Shown here piece after piece: positions 27,608 to 32,000 of a DNA stretch of 32,000 bases. The first letter of the stretch is position 1; every line of letters begins with the position of its first letter. A program made the translations under genes and the position numbers. Under the pieces are notes generated by a model. It searched no databases. It was not told the origin of the DNA and worked only from the letters and a program-made list of their open reading frames with translations. Location of the stretch: NCBI RefSeq assembly GCF_900172325.1, contig NZ_FWFR01000001.1:1410335-1442334 (forward strand), given 5' to 3'. The stretch comes from Oceanibacterium hippocampi (GTDB lineage: Bacteria > Pseudomonadota > Alphaproteobacteria > Sneathiellales > Sneathiellaceae).

Positions 27608-28567
27608 ATGACCAAGCGTACCCGCGTTCTTCTCTGGACCGACACGCCCGCCCCCTACCTCGACGCCATCAGCGCGGCCGGGCTGGCGGAGCGGGTAACG
27701 GTCGACACCCTTCCCCGAAACGAGACGCCCTCGGCCCAGCGGCACGCGGGCACCGAGGTGCTGGTCGCCTGGCGCTCGCCGCCCGGAATCCTGGCGGAAC
27801 TGGCCGGGCTGCGATGGGTGCAGGCGATGACCGCCGGGGTCGACAGCTGGCTGCGGCTGCCGGACCTGCGGCCGGGCGTGACGCTGACCTGCGCCCGCGG
27901 CACGCATCGCGAATCGATGCCCGAGAACATCCTGGGCGCGCTGTTTCACCTGACCAAGCCCTTCGCCGCGATCGTCGAGGACCAGAAGACCCGCACCTGG
28001 ACCTCCCGTATCGCGGAATCGCTGAACGGCAGGACCCTCGGTATTCTCGGTCTCGGCGCGATCGGGCAGGACCTCGCCCGGCTCGCGGCCATGCTCGGGA
28101 TGCGGGTGATCGGCACGAAGCGGGTGCCGGCCGATCTGCCGGGCGTTGCCGAGGTCTATCCGCCGGAGCGAACGGACGCAGTGCTCGCGGACTCGGATTT
28201 CGTCCTGCTGCTGCTGCCGGCCACGCCGGCGACCGAGAATTTCATCGACGCCGGCCGGCTCGCGCTGATGAAGCCGACCGCCTGGCTGCTCAATTTCGGG
28301 CGCGGCCATCTCGTCGTCGATGACGACCTGATCGCGGCGGTCGAGGGCAGGCGGATCGCCGGGGCGATGCTCGATGTCTTCCGCCAGGAGCCGCTGCCCC
28401 GCGAGCATCCGTTCTGGGGCACGCCGGGGATCATCGTGCTGCCCCATGTCGGCGGCATGCATCCGGAGCGGGACAGGACCGTGGCGCGGCTGTTCGTCGA
28501 CAACCTGCGGCGTTTCCTCGACGGCGAACCGTTGACCGAGATCGTCGATCGCGCGGTCGGCTACTGA
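27608..28567 (+). CDS. D-2-hydroxyacid dehydrogenase family protein
   Basis: ATG at 27608; LNGRTLGILGLGAIGQDLARLAAMLGMRVIGTKR Rossmann motif; NFGRGHLVVDDDLIAAVEGRRIAGAMLDVFRQEPLPREHPFWGTPGIIVLPHVGG. Confidence 0.92.
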   Translation: MTKRTRVLLWTDTPAPYLDAISAAGLAERVTVDTLPRNETPSAQRHAGTEVLVAWRSPPGILAELAGLRWVQAMTAGVDSWLRLPDLRPGVTLTCARGTHRESMPENILGALFHLTKPFAAIVEDQKTRTWTSRIAESLNGRTLGILGLGAIGQDLARLAAMLGMRVIGTKRVPADLPGVAEVYPPERTDAVLADSDFVLLLLPATPATENFIDAGRLALMKPTAWLLNFGRGHLVVDDDLIAAVEGRRIAGAMLDVFRQEPLPREHPFWGTPGIIVLPHVGGMHPERDRTVARLFVDNLRRFLDGEPLTEIVDRAVGY

Positions 28568-28588
28568 GCGTTCCGCCGTTGCCTCGGC

Positions 28589-28616
28589 CCGACATTGCCG
28601 CCAACATTCGGATAGA
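28589..28616 (+). repeat. Intergenic 28-nt repeat, copy B
   Basis: CCGACATTGCCGCCAACATTCGGATAGA; same orientation as copy A. Confidence 0.6.
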
Positions 28617-28669
28617 GCGATCCGTCCCGTCCGGTCATGCTTCGGCCCAGACATCGCGGGAGATGACAG

Positions 28670-29752
28670 ATGGACCAGACAGACAAGCGTTTCGACGCCT
28701 TCATGAACCGGGACAAGTCCGCCGACGGCAGTTTCGTCGTGGCGGTCACCTCGACGCATATCTATTGCCGGCCGTCCTGCCCGGCCCGGCGGCCGAAGCC
28801 CGAGAATATCCGCTTCTACGATTTGCCCGAGGCGGCCGAGCAGGCCGGCTTCCGGGCCTGCAAGCGCTGTCACCCGCGGGATGCCGCGGCCCAGGATCCG
28901 GATGTTCGCCGGGTCCGCCGGGCCTGCGAGGTGATCGCCGCCCGGCTGGCCGGGGGCGAGGGCGGTCCGCCGACGCTCGACGAACTGGCCGAGGCGGTCG
29001 GCACCAGTGCCTCGCACCTGCAGCGCCGCTTCCGGAAACTCGTGGGCGTGAGCCCGCGCGACTATGCCGACCAGCTTCGCCTCACGGGCTTCAAGGGCCG
29101 GCTGCGCGACGGCGACGATATCGCGGGCGCGCTGTACGAATCCGGCTACGGCTCGCCGAGCCGGGTCTATGAACGGGCCGGCGCGACCATGGGGATGACC
29201 CCGGCGACCTATGCCAAGGGCGGCAAGGGCGCCCGCATGGGCTACGCGATCGCCGCCTCGCCGCTCGGCCGAGTGCTGGTCGCCGGCACCGTGACCGGCG
29301 TCTCGGCGATCTACCTGGGCGACGACGAGGCCTTCCTGGCGGCCGAACTCAGGGCCGAGTATCCGCTCGCCGAGATCGTCCGGGACGAGGCCGCGCTGGG
29401 GCCGCTGGTCGCCGTCGTATTGCGCTACCTGGAGGGCGATCTGCCCCACCCCGAGTTGCCGCTCGACGTCCAGGGCACCGCCTTCCAGCGCCGGGTCTGG
29501 CAGGAGCTGATGGCGATTCCGGCCGGCGAGACGGCGACCTACAAGGATCTCGCCGTCCGCATGGGCCAGCCGAAGGCGGCGCGCGCCGTCGGCCGGGCCT
29601 GCGCCACCAACCCGGTGTCGCTTGCCATTCCCTGTCACCGGGCGATCGGCACCGACGGCGCCCTGCACGGCTATCGCTGGGGTCTCGACCGCAAGCAGGC
29701 GATCCTCGCCCGCGAGCGCGCCCGTCGCGGCAAGGCGGTGGCGGCGGCCTAA
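28670..29752 (+). CDS. ada: Bifunctional transcriptional activator / O6-methylguanine-DNA methyltransferase Ada
   Basis: N-terminal YCRPSCPARRPKPENIRFY...ACKRCHP zinc/methyl-acceptor region, AraC-type HTH, and IPCHRAIGTDGALHGYRWGLDRKQAIL methyltransferase active site. Confidence 0.95.
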   Translation: MDQTDKRFDAFMNRDKSADGSFVVAVTSTHIYCRPSCPARRPKPENIRFYDLPEAAEQAGFRACKRCHPRDAAAQDPDVRRVRRACEVIAARLAGGEGGPPTLDELAEAVGTSASHLQRRFRKLVGVSPRDYADQLRLTGFKGRLRDGDDIAGALYESGYGSPSRVYERAGATMGMTPATYAKGGKGARMGYAIAASPLGRVLVAGTVTGVSAIYLGDDEAFLAAELRAEYPLAEIVRDEAALGPLVAVVLRYLEGDLPHPELPLDVQGTAFQRRVWQELMAIPAGETATYKDLAVRMGQPKAARAVGRACATNPVSLAIPCHRAIGTDGALHGYRWGLDRKQAILARERARRGKAVAAA

Positions 29753-30447
29753 CTCGCGTCGGCGAGCGCGGCCCGGCGCTCTTCCATCCGGGCCGCCCGC
29801 TCGGCCTGCCGCGCCAGGTATTGGGCGCGGCGTTCGGCCATCCGCGCGAGATTGGCCTGGCGCCGTTCCTCGGCCGCCCGGCGGCGTTCGTCCTGCCACA
29901 GCGCGAAGACCCGCTTGCGATAGGGTACCGCATGTTCGCGGGTCGTCGAATGGTAATGCGCGACCGCCATCCCCCAGGACCGCCGGCTCTTGTAGAGCTC
30001 GTGCAGGAAGCGGGCGGCATAGTCGGCGTTGGCCGACGGATCGAAGGCGGTTTCGAGGTCGTCGAACGCGTCCGGGTGATATTTCAGGTTCACCTGCATG
30101 CAGCCGACGTCGATATTCCGGACCCCCTTGGCGGCGAGTGCCTCGACCTCGGCGATCGCCTCCGCCTTGCTATCGTAGTAACGGCCTCGGCCCTCGGCAT
30201 AGACGGTCCAGGGCCAGGCAATTCTTGCCTGCCGGTCGGCATCCCAGCGTCCCGATTCGGCGAGCGCGACGGCGGCCAGGAGCTGTGGCGGCAGGCGATG
30301 GGTCTTCTCGGCGTTTTCCGCCATCGCGGCGCAGACTCCGGGGGCTGGCGGCGCTTCTGCGGGCAGGCCGGACGCCGCCGCGGCGGCCCCCGACAGGGCA
30401 AGCGGGAGGACGAAAAGGCGAATCAGGCGGGCGATGCGTACAATCAT
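29749..30447 (-). CDS. Lytic transglycosylase (SLT-like) domain protein
   Basis: ATG at 30447; LLAAVALAESGRWD catalytic Glu region, NIDVGCMQVNLKYHPDAF, SWGMAVAHYHS; long Arg/Glu/Ala-rich C-terminal tail. Confidence 0.87.
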   Translation of the reverse strand: MIVRIARLIRLFVLPLALSGAAAAASGLPAEAPPAPGVCAAMAENAEKTHRLPPQLLAAVALAESGRWDADRQARIAWPWTVYAEGRGRYYDSKAEAIAEVEALAAKGVRNIDVGCMQVNLKYHPDAFDDLETAFDPSANADYAARFLHELYKSRRSWGMAVAHYHSTTREHAVPYRKRVFALWQDERRRAAEERRQANLARMAERRAQYLARQAERAARMEERRAALADAS

Positions 30448-30542
30448 GCGAATATTGAAAGCAAGCGGCGTGCCATTCGCGGGCGGCCCGATTGCCGCCA
30501 TAAGAGGCAGAGTGATTGCCTATTGTGCAATGCAACAGAAAT

Positions 30543-30660
30543 CGATTGCCAAAAACTTTCAGAGACGGGGGCCAATGCATCTATCGGCTGTCCCGTGCGG
30601 CGAAAAAACGTCTGAATCCAACGTTCTCTCAAAAAAATTCCGATTTGGTATTGGCAATCG
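30543..30660 (+). ncRNA. Candidate structured element (possible sRNA core or long-spaced operator)
   Basis: Perfect 10-nt inverted repeat CGATTGCCAA (30543-30552) / TTGGCAATCG (30651-30660) enclosing TTTCAGAGA (30557-30565) / TCTCTCAAA (30625-30633, one mismatch) and ACGGG/CCCGT; strand inferred only from the downstream terminator. Confidence 0.35.
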
Positions 30661-30748
30661 GTGGCGTGGATGTCAGATTGTGCATCGCGGCATTGGCGCG
30701 CCCGCGTTGGTGCCGCAGCCCTTAATCGGGCGTTTCCTCCCTTGACTT

Positions 30749-30785
30749 GGGCTGCTTCCCGAAACGGAAGCAGCCCCTTTTTTTT
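30749..30785 (+). terminator. Rho-independent terminator, plus strand
   Basis: GGGCTGCTTCC-CGAAAC-GGAAGCAGCCC followed by C and T8; 11-bp perfect stem. The reverse strand has no U tract after the stem. Confidence 0.9.
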
Positions 30786-30809
30786 GCCTGCCCGGAAGGG
30801 TGTGCCGGG

Positions 30810-31364
30810 TCACACGGGGTCGGGCGGCCGGTCGGCGCCGGCGCCGAGGGCGCGCTGCATCAGCACCACGTCCAGCCAGCGGCCGAACTTGAAGCCGACG
30901 GACTCGAGGGTGCCCAGGTGGCGGAACCCGGCGCGACGGTGCAATTCGATCGAGCCGGTGTTGCCGGCATCGCCGATCACCGCGATCATCTGCCGGCGGC
31001 CGCCCGCCGTCGCCTCGGCGATCAGGCGGTCAAGCAGCAGCCGGCCGACACCCCGGCCGCGATGGCCGGCCTCGATATAGATGCTGTCCTCGACCGTGTG
31101 GCGATAGGCCGGGCGCGGACGGTAGAGCCCGGCATAGGCATAGCCGGCGATCGCCCCGCCGGAACGGGCTTCGGCGACGATCCAGGGCAGGCCCTCGGCC
31201 TGCACCGTCCGGAGGCGCCTTTCCATCTCCGCCGCGTCGGGCGGGACGAGCTCGAAGGAGGACGATCCGTGGAGCACCGCGTCGGCATAGATCCGGGTGA
31301 TCGCCGGGAGGTCGGCGACGGTCGCGGCGCGCAGTCCGTACGCGGTCGGGTTTGCGGCGGTCAT
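30810..31364 (-). CDS. GNAT-family N-acetyltransferase (phosphinothricin/methionine sulfoximine acetyltransferase-like)
   Basis: LRAATVADLPAITRIYADAVLHGSSSFELVPPDAAEMERR, YIEAGHRGRGVGRLLLDRLIAEA, GFRHLGTLESVGFKFGRWLDVVLMQ. Confidence 0.92.
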   Translation of the reverse strand: MTAANPTAYGLRAATVADLPAITRIYADAVLHGSSSFELVPPDAAEMERRLRTVQAEGLPWIVAEARSGGAIAGYAYAGLYRPRPAYRHTVEDSIYIEAGHRGRGVGRLLLDRLIAEATAGGRRQMIAVIGDAGNTGSIELHRRAGFRHLGTLESVGFKFGRWLDVVLMQRALGAGADRPPDPV

Positions 31365-31378
31365 CGTGGGCGCAGGGC

Positions 31379-32000
31379 TCAGGGCAGCAGCAGGGAATGG
31401 GACATGGCGCCCAGCCGCTCGATCAGCCGGGTCATGTCGGCGGCCAGGCGCCCGAGCGCCGGGAGCCGCTCGATCCGCTCCTCATCCATGTAGAGGGCGC
31501 GGTTGATCTCGATCTGCAGCGCGTGATAGCCGCGCTCCGGCTGGCCGTAGCGAACCGTCGTATGGCCGCCGGCATAGGGCGCGTTGCGGGCGACCCGGTA
31601 GCCGAGATCGGTGAGCGCACGCGCCGCGTGGTCGGTCAGCGCCGGCGCGCAGGCGGTGCCGTATCGGTCGCCGAGCACGATGTCGGCGCGGCGGTCGCCG
31701 TCGTCCTGGTCCATCGGCCCGCCGATCGACGGCATCGAATGGCAATCGACCACGACGGCGAAACCGAAGCGGGCGCGGGTATCGGAAAGCAGACGGGCCA
31801 GCGCCCGGTGATAGGGGTTGTAGCAGTCGCGGACCCGTCGCTCGGCCTCGGCGAAAGACAGCTTACGGGCATAGATCTCGCAACCGTTGGCGACGACCCG
31901 GGCAAGCGTGCCGAGGCCGCCGGCGACGCGCACGCTGGTCGTGTTGACGAAATCCGGCAGGGGCTCGGCGAACATCGCCGGGTCGAGCTCGTAGGGTTCC
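31379..32000 (-). CDS. N-formylglutamate amidohydrolase family protein (partial, runs off window end)
   Basis: VVDCHSMPSIG, YAGGHTTVRYGQPERGYHALQIEINRALYMDE; frame stays open to 32000 (upstream residues EPYELDPAMFAEPLPDF), so the track start at 31975 is internal. Confidence 0.9.
   Translation of the reverse strand, partial: EPYELDPAMFAEPLPDFVNTTSVRVAGGLGTLARVVANGCEIYARKLSFAEAERRVRDCYNPYHRALARLLSDTRARFGFAVVVDCHSMPSIGGPMDQDDGDRRADIVLGDRYGTACAPALTDHAARALTDLGYRVARNAPYAGGHTTVRYGQPERGYHALQIEINRALYMDEERIERLPALGRLAADMTRLIERLGAMSHSLLLP

Noticed and set aside
27503-29899. 798-aa minus-strand ORF across the dehydrogenase and ada genes
   Set aside because: Antisense to two confidently identified genes with composition of a shadow ORF; no recognisable motifs.
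30543-30660. Possible 6S RNA identity for the structured region
   Set aside because: I could not recognise a 6S-like central bubble, and the neighbours are not the usual ones for ssrS; left as an unclassified candidate.
30747-31493. 248-aa plus-strand ORF beginning inside the terminator stem
   Set aside because: Its first codons are the terminator stem and T tract, and the rest is antisense to the GNAT gene.
1-32000. Search for defence islands, CRISPR arrays, integrases, transposases, toxin-antitoxin pairs and tRNA-anchored islands
   Set aside because: No repeat-spacer periodicity, no recombinase or transposase motifs, and mostly housekeeping or metabolic gene content.

Overview
High-GC chromosomal window, most consistent with an alphaproteobacterium (inferred from gene content and order). 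It is densely packed with about 27 protein-coding genes. I saw no rRNA, tRNA, CRISPR array, transposase, integrase or phage genes. Left to right it holds: acyl-CoA dehydrogenase; rhodanese; GT4 glycosyltransferase; polysaccharide flippase; glutathionyl-hydroquinone-reductase-like GST divergent from a LysR regulator; DUF1194; CCA tRNA nucleotidyltransferase, DUF6111, CoA pyrophosphatase and DUF1285 divergent from a MoxR, DUF58, BatA/DUF4159, VWA-like membrane protein operon; GNAT; secreted hypothetical; tandem flavin reductases; DUF429-like; SDR; transglutaminase-like; ferritin-like; SCP2-type thiolase; aromatic amino acid lyase homologue; small secreted protein; YqaA-like; D-2-hydroxyacid dehydrogenase; Ada; lytic transglycosylase; GNAT; partial N-formylglutamate amidohydrolase. 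No obvious new defence or mobile system is visible. The observations most worth following are: (1) the HAL/PAL-family protein at 25199-26647 lacks the Ala-Ser-Gly triad that forms the MIO cofactor and appears to have several other altered active-site positions; (2) an AT-richer intergenic region at 30502-30785 carries a perfect 10-nt inverted repeat, nested complementary segments and an orphan plus-strand terminator, suggesting an unannotated structured RNA; (3) a 28-nt near-identical repeat lies upstream of both the hydroxyacid dehydrogenase and ada. All family calls come from recognising sequence motifs, not from database searches.
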